DNA from: Mustelus asterias
Taxonomy: Eukaryota
Assembly (NCBI RefSeq): GCF_964213995.1
Contig: NW_027590139.1
Span: 992,001-1,056,000, forward strand
DNA: 64,000 bases
Direction of reading: 5' to 3'
In this document: positions 37,206 to 48,488 of the stretch, piece by piece
Position numbering within the stretch: position 1 is the stretch's first letter
How the letters are laid out: every line of letters begins with the position of its first letter
Translations under genes and position numbers: made by a program
Notes under the pieces: generated by a model
What the model was told of the DNA's origin: nothing
The model's database searches: none
Seen by the model: the letters and a program-made list of their open reading frames with translations, nothing else

Positions 37206-37545
37206 AGTATGGACAGAGTAAATAGTCAGAAACTGTTCCCACTCAAGAGAGCACCAAGAACTAGGGCACAGATTCAAAGTATTTAGCAAAGGAGTAAGAG
37301 TGATGTGAATAAAAATGTTTCACTCAGAGGTTGGTTGGAGTCTGGAACAAATTCACTGAGAAGGTCGTGGAGGCAGGTTCTATTGAGGTATTGAAAAGAA
37401 AATTAGATTGCTATCCGAAAAGAAAGAATGTGCAATGTTACGGGAATAAGGCAGGGAAGTAGCACTGGGTACAATGCCCTTTCAGAGACCCAGGACAGAC
37501 TCAATGGGCTGAATGGTGTCTTTCTGCACTGTGAGGATTCTGTGT
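37205..37545 (+). mobile_element. Old CR1 3' end
   Basis: 'aactagggcacagattcaaa...ttcactcagagg...tggaac' matches the CR1 C-terminus and UTR. Confidence 0.55.
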
Positions 37546-38023
37546 TTCTGTCAGCACAGACTCTACATCATCAGCATTGGAACTGAAACTCCCATCATTA
37601 CATCAACACCAGAACCACGATGGAATTTCAGAAAACTGGGAAATCTTCCGAAAGGCAATGACACCAACATCAGGTGGGTTTCACCAAGCACCCAATGTCT
37701 TCAATAGATTGATAGGATTGATGAAAGTTCAGAGTTTAATCCGGGAGAAGATGAATCAGAGAATAGAAATAATCTTGAGTAAGAAAAGGCCCAAATAATG
37801 GCACTGTCAAAAACAGGAGATCAATCATTCTCCTCTTATTATTGGAGAAATCCAAAACACTGTGTTTGAATCAAAGCTGATTTAATCAACATTTACAAAC
37901 AACATCACTGCACACACCAGCTTTCATGCTTATTAATCAGCAGCAACAAACTCCAACTCTGAGAATGAACATGGTTCAGTCCTGGATGTGATTAACAGCA
38001 GATTCTAAATCCAATCCCTTCAG

Positions 38024-38899
38024 TTACTTGTGAACTCGCTGGTGCCTCAGCTGTGTGGATGAACGACTGAATCTCTTTCCACACACTGAGCAAGGAAATG
38101 GCCTCTCCCCGGTGTGAACTCGCTGGTGTGTCAGCAGGGTGGACGACTGAGTGAATCCCTTCCCACACACTGAGCAGATGAACGGCCTCTCCCCAGTGTG
38201 ATTCCGCTGGTGATTAAGTAGGTTGGACATCCAAGTGAAGCCTTTCCCCCAGAAAAAGCAGGTGAAGGGTCTCTCCCTGTTATGAGTGAGTTGGTGCATC
38301 AGCAGATCCGTCTGGCTTTTAAAGTACTTCTCACAGTCAGGACATTTAAACAGCCTCTTATCAGTATGAACAAGTTGGTGTGTCAGTAGGTCGAATGAAC
38401 GGGTGAATCCCTTCCCACACACGGAGCAGGGGAACAGTCTCTCCCCAGTGTGAGTGCATTTATGGTTCAACAGATCATTTTTCCTTCTTTAGTTTTTCTC
38501 ACAGTCAGAACATTGGAAAGGTCTCTCCTCACTGTGGATTCGATGGTGTGACAGGAGGTGGGATGAGTTTGTGAAGTCTTTCCCACAGACGGAGCAGGTG
38601 AATGGTCTCTCCCCAGTGTGAACACGCCGGTGTCTTAGAAGGTGGGATGATTTAGTGAATCCTTTCTGACACACAGAGCAAGTGAATGGCCTCTCCTCAG
38701 TGTGACTGCGGTGATGAATATGTAACTCAGATGGGTAATCAAATCCCTTCCCCCAGTCTCCACATTTCCACGGTTTCTCACCAGTCAGACAGCACTTGTG
38801 TTTTGACAGGTTTGATGAGCGACTGAAACCTCGTCCACACACAGAACATGTAAACACCTTCTCCCCATTGTGAACGGTGCTTTTTGATTCCATGTTCAA
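38024..38899 (-). pseudogene. C2H2 zinc-finger gene 1, ~10 fingers, in-frame TAA at 38489-38491 and several Cys losses
   Basis: The two ORFs are in the same frame; HTGERPF linkers; acceptor AG at 39001-39002. Confidence 0.85.
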
Positions 38900-39409
38900 A
38901 AGTTGATGATGTTCAGGCCCTGATGAGTTGAGTGTCTGTCAGATCCTGATGTGATGTTTGATCTGAGTTTCCCACCTACAAATCATCTTCTTCTAATATG
39001 CTGTAAAATTAATTCAAAATGGAGAAAAAAACAGTGATAAACACAAAGGTAGGTTGTGAAATTGAGCGGAATGAATCCGGTAATTTGTGGAGCCGGCACA
39101 AGGAAAAAGTGACCACGAAAGCTGCTGGATTGTGATTAAAAACTCAAATGGTTTGCAAATGTCCTTCAATTCAGGAAACCTGCCACCCAGTCCAGATCTA
39201 CACAAGAATTCAACCTTAATGGGAGGAGAAAGATAGAGATGAAACAGGGAGGGAATGAACAGTAAGGACTGTATACATCTACAACTGGACAAGAACTTTG
39301 ACAGAACCTGCCAAACCACAACCTTCACCAACTCAAAGGATGCAGGAAAACTATCACCTCCAAATGTCGCTTTCAATCTCAAAACAACTTGTAATCCTGA
39401 GGTAACCTG

Positions 39410-39620
39410 TAACCTCCTGCATTTAAGGGGCAATTTAGCCTGGCCAATCCGCCTAACCTGCACACCTTTGGGGTGTGGGAGGAAACCGGAGCACCTAAAG
39501 GAAACTCATGCAGTCACAAGGAGAACATGCAAACTCCACACAGACAGTCACCCAAAGCTGGAATTGAACCCGGGTCCCTGGTGCTGTGAAACAGCAGTGC
39601 TGACCACTGTGCCACCCTGT
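39410..39620 (-). mobile_element. HE1/V-SINE
   Basis: aaactccacacagacagtcaccc...gcagtgctgaccactgtgccacc. Confidence 0.75.
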
Positions 39621-40159
39621 GCCACTGTACTATTGTTGCTCAGAAATAAGTTTTAGGATTTTGGCCGAGTGATTGTGAAGGCAGAGCAGTAAACTACCAA
39701 GTCAGAATAGTGTGCGATTCAAAAGAGTAAATGCAGGTAGTGGGGTTTCCACGGACAAACTGCCCTTATCCATGTTGGAGAAGAGGTTTGTAGTTTTGGA
39801 AGCTGCTGTCAAAGGAGGTTTAGCCAATTGCTGGTAATTCTAGTAATGTCCATGTTCCAGTTATTAATTTGAAAATTTTCTAAATGTAAATTTAATGAAA
39901 ATCCCCAACAGAACTACTATTTCCTTACTTGAAACACAGCTTTAAATGGTCCGTTTGGTTCTAGATTCAGTTCCGTGAGTAATGCCTTCAACTAAACAAA
40001 ACCAAACTCTGCAGCTGCTGGAAATCTGAAATGAAAAGAGAAAATGTTGGAAATACTCATCAGGTTAGACAGCATCTATGGAGACAGAAACAGAGTTAAT
40101 GTTTGCAGTCACTGACGCTTCTCTAATAAAACACATACCAATAGCTGCTGTTTAACGGG

Positions 40160-40900
40160 GCCGTGGATCCCACAATCCCCTGTGCCCCAGAAACAGCTCT
40201 ATCCATCACACACATTTCCCATTATGGCAGTTCTATGTCAAGAGGGCGAGCTGTTTAAAAGTCATTAAGTTCCATTTTTGCATGTTGATGTTCATTAAAG
40301 ATAAGGATCGATTTCCCCCTCATGATGTATCAATTTCAGATACTTTGGTTGAGAATTTCCATTCCCCTACTTTCTGGTGGATAATGAATGCCTTGAGTAC
40401 TTAGATTACAGTATAATTTGATTCCTAATTTTATTGACTGCACCCCTATCCCTAATTTTCACATCGCAGCAAAAAAAGCTCACTGTTCACAAACGAGGAG
40501 TTTCGATGGCGTGCGCTTTACCCACCATTCCTCGCGGTGGGGAATGTCCCCTATCCACAGCACGGGAGCGTTGTGGATGCGCAGTCCGGCAGTGTGTGGC
40601 GCATGCGTAGCGTGGATGATGGCAATGGCGAGCGACATTCCTCTGTCTCATCAGCAACCGGTAAGGATGCGGATACATGGAGGGAGGATTGGAACCGGCA
40701 GATGGACGGAGAGGGTTTCTAAATATCTGCTGAAGGTCTCAAACCTCTAATAGTAATCCGCAGGTCCCGTGTTTGCAGCTTTGGGTCTTTTTCCCGGGAC
40801 GAGGCTCAGGTTAACAGCCGCCATCTTGATTCAGCAGGGAGCGGAGCGCATGCGCTGGTGTCTTGATGACGCAACAGTGAGTGGGTGGGGCTTCAGCGTT
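40160..40900. promoter_or_regulatory. CpG-rich, probably bidirectional promoter between divergent ZNF genes
   Basis: ZNF143-like TACCCACCATTCCTCGCG 40519-40536; NRF1 GCGCATGCG(C) at 40599 and 40846; YY1 GCCGCCATCTTG at 40817; donor G|GTAAG at 40660. Confidence 0.7.
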
Positions 40901-41029
40901 TTCTGCTCCCAACCGGGTCCTAGTGCCCGGAATGCAGAGCAATCTGAGCAGCAGGTTTTTAACAACTTCACCCATTCCCAGGCTGCAGCTAATGTTTGCA
41001 GCCTTGAGGAATCCATGGGCCATGTATAT

Positions 41030-41191
41030 ACAGTAAGAAGTTTAACAACACCAGGTTAAAGTCCAACAGGTTTATTTGGTAGCAAAAGCCACACGTGTGG
41101 CTTTTGCTACCAAATAAACCTGTTGGACTTTAACCTGGTGTTGTTAAACTTCTTACTGTGTTTACCCCAGTCCAACGCCGGCATCTCCACA
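41030..41191. mobile_element. Fold-back Penelope-like insertion with 12-bp TSD
   Basis: Perfect 130-bp palindrome 41030-41159; TSD ccatgtatatac at 41020-41031 and 41192-41203. Confidence 0.8.
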
Positions 41192-41209
41192 CCATGTATA
41201 TACTCCAGA

Positions 41210-42220
41210 AGTTGTTTATTCCTGTTTGGCGCAAGAGTGGTAAGGGAATTGTGGCCAAGCCATGGCTTACAAGGGAAATTAGAGATAGTATCAGATTCAA
41301 GGAAGAAGCATACAAATCGGCAAGAAAAAGCGATAGGCCCGAGGATTGGGAGCAGTTTAAAATTCAGCAAAGGAGGACCAAGGGATTGATTAAAAAGGGA
41401 AAAATGGAGTATGAAAGTAAGCTAGCAGGGAATATAAAAACTGACTGTAAAAGTTTCTGTCGATAAAGAGAAAAAGATTGACAAAAACGAATGTTAGAAA
41501 TGGGAGAATTCATAACGGGGAATAAAGAAATGGCCGACGAATTAAATTTGTACTTTGCTTCAGTCTTCACAAAGGAAGACGTGAATAATATACCAGATGT
41601 GCTGAGAGAAACATGTTTTAGTCAGGGGCTGAAGAAAATCAGCATTAGTCAAGAAATGGTTTTGGGGAAATTGATGGGATTGAAGGTGGATAAATCTCCA
41701 GGTCCAGATAATCTTCATCCCAGAGTACTTAAGGAAGTGACCCTGGAAATAGTAAATCCATTGGTGGTTATTTTCCAAAATTCTTTGGACACTGGAATAG
41801 TTCCTGCAGATTGGAGGGTAGCTAATGTAAGCCCACTATTCAAAAAGGGAGGGAGAGAGAAAACAGGGAACGAGAGACCAGTGAGCTTAACATCGGTACT
41901 GGGGAAGTTGCAGGTGTCTATTATCAAGGATTTCACAACTCGGCATTTGGAAGGCAGTGGTATAATCAGACAAAGACAGCATGGATTTACAAAAGGGAAA
42001 TCATGTTTGACGAATCTATTGGAATTTTGTAAGGATGTAAGTAGTAGAGTTGACTGAGGAGAACCAGTGGATGTGGTTTATTTAGACTTTCAGAAGGCTT
42101 TCGACAAGGTCTCACATAACAGACTATTTTGTAAAGTTAAAGCACATGGGATTGCTGGTAATGTCTTGAGATGGATAGAAAGCTGGTGAGCAGATAGGAA
42201 ACAAGAGCTGACATAAATGA
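41210..42220 (+). mobile_element. Degenerate CR1 ORF2 fragment
   Basis: KSPGPDNLHPRVLKE, RPVSLTS, QHGF; contains stops. Confidence 0.85.
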
Positions 42221-42549
42221 GTCTTTTCCATGGTGCTGGTGTCCTTGTGTCTCTCTCGGTTAAACAATCTGTTCAAGCCTTGTCGACACAAAGAGCTTGT
42301 GTATTGTTTCTCAGTGAGGGAATCAAGGTTAATGGGGCAATGTGGAAAAGTGGAGTTGGGGATTATATTAGATCAGCCATGATCTTATTGAATGAGATCA
42401 AACAGTGTCATCACTGATCAGTCAAGAGGTGTTGTGGACCAGGCCCAATTTAAGATTATTAATTAGACTCACAATGTGGCTCACTTATGCTGACTAGAAG
42501 ATCCATATATCCCGACTCGGGGTCTGGTTCACTCCAGGCAAAAGCAACT

Positions 42550-43100
42550 TTCCAGGAAGTCTTGCTACAGCTGTACAAGGGATTGTTAAGACCACACCTG
42601 GAGTATTCTGTACAGTTTTGGGCTTCTTCCTTCAGAATGATATACAAGCATTGGAAGCAGTTCATAGAAAGTTCACGAGGCTGATTCCTGGGATGAAGGG
42701 TTGTCTTATGAGGAAATGCAGAGCATGTTGAACCTTAACTCAGTGGAGTTTAAAAGAAAAAGTAGCGACATTATTGAAACAAATAGGATTTTGAGGGGGT
42801 TTGGTAGGAGCTGCGAGGTGGATGTTTTCTCTCATGAGGAAATCTACAACAGTTTAAATAGATGGAGATGAGGAGGAGTTTCTTCTCTCAGAGGGTTGTT
42901 AGTCTTTGGAATTCTGTTCCACAGAGAGCAGCGAAGGCTGGGTCATTGAATGTATTCAAGGCTGAGTTGGACAGATTTTTGACCAACAGGAGAGTCAAGA
43001 GGAATGGGTAACTGGCAGAAAAGTGCAGTTAAAGCCAGATCAGGTCAACCATGGTCTCACTGAATTGCAGAGCAAGCTTGATGGGGTAAATGGCCTCCTT
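42550..43100 (+). mobile_element. Old CR1 3' end
   Basis: LLQLYKGLLRPHLEYSVQFW followed by a CR1-type UTR. Confidence 0.75.
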
Positions 43101-43661
43101 TTTACTCCCATTTCTTATGATCTCTGACTCCAGGACAGCAAACAATGAGCATGGATCTCGGAGCGTGTATATTAGGTAGAGCAAAGTGAGAATGGAGGGA
43201 GTGTGTGTGGAATGGAGATTTACAGATTTTGGGGAATGAGAGAGGAAAGAATGTTCCATGGAAACTCGAATTGTCTGTTCTGAATGTCTATCCTTTACTG
43301 ATACTAATGATCTTTGTAAACTCCTTCTCCAGAATATTAGAAGGCGAGGATTTGCCTCAACTCAAGATCTGACAGAATCTGCAATTCACTTGACCTGAAT
43401 ATCATCGGACATTGAATCTAAAAGCAGAAATATCGGTCTGTTCTGTCTGCCTCAAATTTCAGTGTGATTGGAAAAGCACCGAGATGTACACACACCCAAG
43501 TGAGAGTGTTCCAGTGCACTGACTGGAGAAAGCTTTAATTAGCGATACAGCTCCACAAGCACATTAGACCGTTCACAGCGTGCAGAGACTGTACAGGTGT
43601 TCTGTGTGGACGAGGCTTCAACTGACCATCCAACCTGGAGAGACACAAGGACACCAGCGCC

Positions 43662-44714
43662 ATGGAAAAACCATGGAAATGTGGGGACTGTGGGAAGAGA
43701 TTCCAATCCCCGTCTGCACTCGAGAAACATTGACGCAGCCACACTGGGGAGCGCCCATTCACCTGCTCCAAATGTGGGAAGGGATTCACTCACTCATCGG
43801 CCCTCCTGACACATCAGCGAGTTCACACTGGGGAAAGGCCGTTCATCTGCTTTGTGTGTGGAAAGCGATTCTGTGATTCATCGGCCTTATTGGCACACCA
43901 GCATGTTCACACTGGGGAGAGGCCATTCACCTGCTCTGAGTGTGGGAAGGGATTCAGTCAATCAGCCAACCTGCAGACACACCAGCATGTTCACACTGGG
44001 GAGAAGCCATTCACCTGCTCTCAGTGTGGGAAGGGATTCAGTCAATCAGCCAACCTTCAGGCACACCAGCGAGTTCACACTGGGGAGAGGCCATTCACCT
44101 GCTCTCAGTGTGGGAAGGGATTCACTCGGTTGTCCAACCTGCAAACACACCAGCGAATTCACTCTGGGGAGAGACCGTTCACCTGCTCTGACTGTGGGAA
44201 AGGATTCAGTGATTCATCCAACCTGCTTACGCACCAGCGAATTCACACGGGGGAGAGGCCGTTCACCTGTTCTGACTGTGGGAAAGGATTCACTAATTCC
44301 TATAACCTGCTGAGACACCAGCGGATTCATACTGGCGAGAGGCCATTAACCTGCCCTGCTTATGGGAAGGGATTCATTAATTCCTACAACTTGCTGATAC
44401 ACCAGCGAGTTCACACTGGAGAGAGGCCATTCCCCTGCTCTGTGTGTGGGAAGGGATTCACTCAGTCATCCAACTTGCGGACACACCAACGAGTTCACTC
44501 TGGAGAGAGGCCGTTCACATGCACTAAGTGTGGGAAGGGATTCATTCAGTTATCCCATCTAACGACACACCAGCGAGTTCACACCGGGGAGAGACCATTC
44601 ACCTGCTCTGTGTGTGGGAAGCGATTCACACAGTCATCCACCCTGCTAACACACCAGCGAGTTCATAAGTTGGATTCTGCTGTTATTGCTGCTGTTAATC
44701 ACATCCAGGACTGA
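43662..44714 (+). pseudogene. C2H2 zinc-finger gene 2, ~12 fingers, in-frame TGA at 43731
   Basis: ATG 43662 ([10 protein letters not shown]) is in frame with ORF 43854-44714; the stop replaces the Arg of HRRSH; acceptor AG at 43331-43332. Confidence 0.8.
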
Positions 44715-46979
44715 ACCATGTTCATTCTGACAGTGGGTGAAGTGGGAGGGTCGGAGGGTTTCTTTCTGCTGGACTGGCCGGTCGCACGACTTTGCTTCCA
44801 ATGGGCTGATGTTCTTTGAGCCTGGGAGAGCACATTTCCACTGAAATGATTCACAAAAGCTGACAAATTCATTTAATCCTGGATAGTAAATAGTGTTTTT
44901 CCTACCACTACAGCTAGATCCAAAATAATACTTTTGTCTCAGTTCCATTGAGTGTCTCTCCAGTGCCTCCATGTCCTAAATGGAGATCACTAATTTGGCA
45001 GAGCTCCCAGTGTTGTGTAACCCTGGTTTTAAACAAGCTGAACATAATCTTCCCGCTTTTAAATTCTATCCCTCTGGAACGGAACCCTATGTATGGGCCC
45101 CACACTTTAGGAAAGATGTGAAGTTCTCAGGGTGCAGAGGGGATTTACGGGAAGGAAACCAGGAATGAGGGACTTCAGTTAGTTGGAGAGGCTGGAGTAG
45201 CTGAAATTATTCTCTTTAGATCACACAGTAATAGGGACAGGCCATTTGGTCCATTGAGTCCAGGCCAACTCTGTAGAAAAAACATTCAGTCCCATTGCCC
45301 TGTTCTAGTGCCATAATCTGCAGATTTATTCCCCTCAAGCATCCATCCAATTTCCTTTTGGTATCGTTCAGCCTCTGCTTCCACCCCCTCATATTCAGCG
45401 AGTTTCAGTTCATTATCAGGGTCTGTGATAAAATGTTCTTCCTTACATCCCCTCTGCATCTCTTCGCCAAACCTTAAATCTGTGCCACCTCATCCTTGAA
45501 CAACCAGCCAATGGCAACAGCTTTTCTTTCTATCTGATCTAAACCTGTCATAAATTTCTACACCTCTATCGAATCTATCAAACCAAGAGAAATGTTTGTC
45601 TCTTCCAAATTTCACACCTGGACATGACTGTGATGGATTTTGTAAATTTATTTTGTAGTGTATTGGAAAAGAAGTTGCAGGCAGTAACTCAAACTAGATC
45701 TCACATCAAAATCTGACTGAGTCACTGTTCAACAGGACCTGGATATTGAGTTCCAGATCATTACCACTCACTGTGTAAATGTTTTTCCTCCAACCTCCTC
45801 TGTAGATCTTGCTCAAAATCTTAAAACTGTGTCCGAAGCTGATGAGAACAGCTTTTCTTTATCTATCTTCTAAAACCTGTTATAAATGTGTACACCTTCA
45901 TCAAATCTCCCCTCAATCTACTTTGCTCCAAGGAGAACAACCCCAGTTTCTCCAGCCTAACATTGTTGTTAAAACCCCTCATCCCTGGTATTATTCTGGT
46001 AAATCTCCTCTGCACCTTCTCAAGGGCCCTCACTTCCTAAAGTGTGGTGATCAGAAATGGACTCATGAGTTGGGGGTCTAACTGGTCCCAGAGGAAACCA
46101 ATGCAGACAGGAGCATAACATACAAACTCCACACAGTCACCGAAGGCCAGAATTGAACTGGCAGTGTGAGTCAGCAGTGCTAACCACTGTGCCAAAAGCA
46201 GGAGGTCATTTGATCCATCGTGCTTATGCCAGCTATCCGATTAATCCCATCGCTCTGCAATTTTCTTAGCGTTTACCCATTTAAAGCCCCCTCCCTTTAT
46301 CTGCAGTGACAAAGTTTAATAATAAAACCCCAGTCTAAATAACATGTATCTGACTGACAAATGTTGAAGTGTTTGTTTGGAGCCACAAGTTTCAAGTTTC
46401 CATCTGAGCTTCGGGAACCTTTCTGCCTGTCTTGCTTCTTGTGTCAATGACAGCCGGGCGACAGAGCTGAGGGCTGAATTTAGCTGAGAATAACAGGGCC
46501 TGAGTCCCAGTTGGGAACCTGGGTGTCACGCTAAGAGTGAGGCAAAAGGTGCTGGGGAACTGACTGGAAAAGGCCTTTAACTAATTGGGGCATGGGAGGG
46601 GTGACTGGGACATGGTGATATGACCCCCAGGGTTCAGTGTCCCTGTGTCCAAAGCAAGGGACCATGGGAACAGATTACAGAGGAGCTGAAGAGAAACATT
46701 GTTCACACCTTTTTACCCTTGGCTTTGATCTGAAATAATTTTGTGTTTTTAACCATGTTCTGCTTCATGAATAAACTATCAGAAATAACATTTTATTTAG
46801 CTGGGCTTTTCATGACTAAGTTTATGTATTTTAGAGAAAGTGGGTGAGAGAGGTTGGCAGGCTCATTCTCACCTTCGAAGGTAATTGGTAAAGAGGGCGA
46901 GGAGGGAGATGAGATTGTATTTTTTTGAGGCACCAAACACACACAGCTCGGTGTACGGAACCAGTAGAAATGGCAGAAT

Positions 46980-47225
46980 TCATAGAAACCCTGCAGTGCA
47001 GAAAGAGGCCATTTGGCCCATCGAGTCTGCACCGACCACAATCCCACCCAACTCCTACCCCCATATCCCTACATATTTACCCGCTAATCCCTCTAACCTA
47101 CGCATCCCAGGACACTAAAGGCAATTTTTTTATCATGGCCAATCAACCTAACCCGCACATCTTTGGACTGTGGGAGGAAACCGGAGCACCCGGAGGAAAC
47201 CCACGCAGACACGAGGAGAACGTAC
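46980..47225 (-). mobile_element. HE1/V-SINE lacking its head
   Basis: Near-identical to 58863-59100. Confidence 0.8.
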
Positions 47226-47582
47226 AAACATACAAACAGATTTCTACCATTACACAAGTTACAAACTTTATCTTACACTCAAATATTCTCAGTGAGTTCA
47301 CAATCCATGCAAACCAATAGGTGAAATGTGGTCAGACACCCCACACTCTGAAACTAAGTGACAGATGTCACCGAATATAACTTCTCCGGATTTCTCATCA
47401 TTTCCCCAGATGGTTGTCAAACTGTGAGCCAACTGATCTCACTGAAATTCCGTCTTCCCGTGAGCATTTCCAATCTCACACTCTCGAAGATCACACTTTG
47501 GAACCTTCTCCCAAACAATGCATTCTCTTGGATGCCTTCACCAAGGATTCACCACCAGGATTTCAACTTCTTTCTTAATGAA

Positions 47583-47893
47583 TCATAGAATCCCTACAGT
47601 ACAGAAGGAGACCATTCGGCCCATAGAATCTGTACCGACCACAATCCCACCCAGGCCTTACTCCCGTAACCCCGCACATTTGCCCTGCTAACCCGCCTGA
47701 CACTTGGGTTAATTTTAGCACAGCTAATCAACGTAACCCGCACATCTTTGGACTGTGGGAGGAAACCAGAGCACCCGGAGGAAACACACACAGACACGGG
47801 GAGAATGTGCAAACTCCACACAGACAGTGACCCGAGGCCGGAATCAAACCCGGTTCCCTGGTGCTGTGATGCTAACCACTGTGCCACCATGCC
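47583..47893 (-). mobile_element. HE1/V-SINE, near full length
   Basis: tRNA-like head, core and CR1-like tail present. Confidence 0.85.
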
Positions 47894-48289
47894 ACTCCAC
47901 AGTGTCTGTATTCATTTGGCCCAGATCTCCATGTGCATTCAAGGTTCCAAACAATCTCTCAGGTATGCAGCCACGCTAACAGAATACACTTGCTTTACTT
48001 GGATGAAGGTGTCAGCAACCTTTTGATCACCTCGGATCCCAAATGGCCAGTATACAGGAACAGCAAGTAATTGGGAAAGCTAATAGAATGTTATTGTTCA
48101 TTGTGAGGGGAAATGATTACAAAAGGTTATGCTCCAGTTGTACAGGCAATTGGTGAGGCCACATCTGGAGTGTTGTGTACAGTATTGGTCTCCCTACTTA
48201 AGGAAAGATGTAAATTTATTAGAAGCAGTTTTGAGAAGGTTTTCTAGACTAATACCAGGAATAGACGGGTTGTCTGATGAGGAAAGGTT

Positions 48290-48381
48290 CGTAAGAAGTC
48301 TCACAACACCAGGTTAAAGTCCAACCTGGTGTTGTGAGACTTCTTACTGTGCTTACCCCAGTCCAACGCCGGCATCTCCAC
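48290..48381. mobile_element. Fold-back Penelope-like insertion inside an old CR1, 13-bp TSD
   Basis: 25-bp stem 48291-48315/48323-48347; TSD atgaggaaaggtt at 48277-48289 and 48382-48394. Confidence 0.8.
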
Positions 48382-48488
48382 ATGAGGAAAGGTTGGACAG
48401 GGTCAGCTTGTATCCACTGGAGTTTAGTAGAGTATGAGGTGATTTGATCAAAACCTGAGGGTCTTGACAGGGTGGATGTGGAGAGAAA

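Noticed and set aside
43535-44313. Overlapping alternative-frame or antisense ORFs over ZNF and CR1 sequences
   Set aside because: Expected shadows of repetitive finger and RT codon structure.
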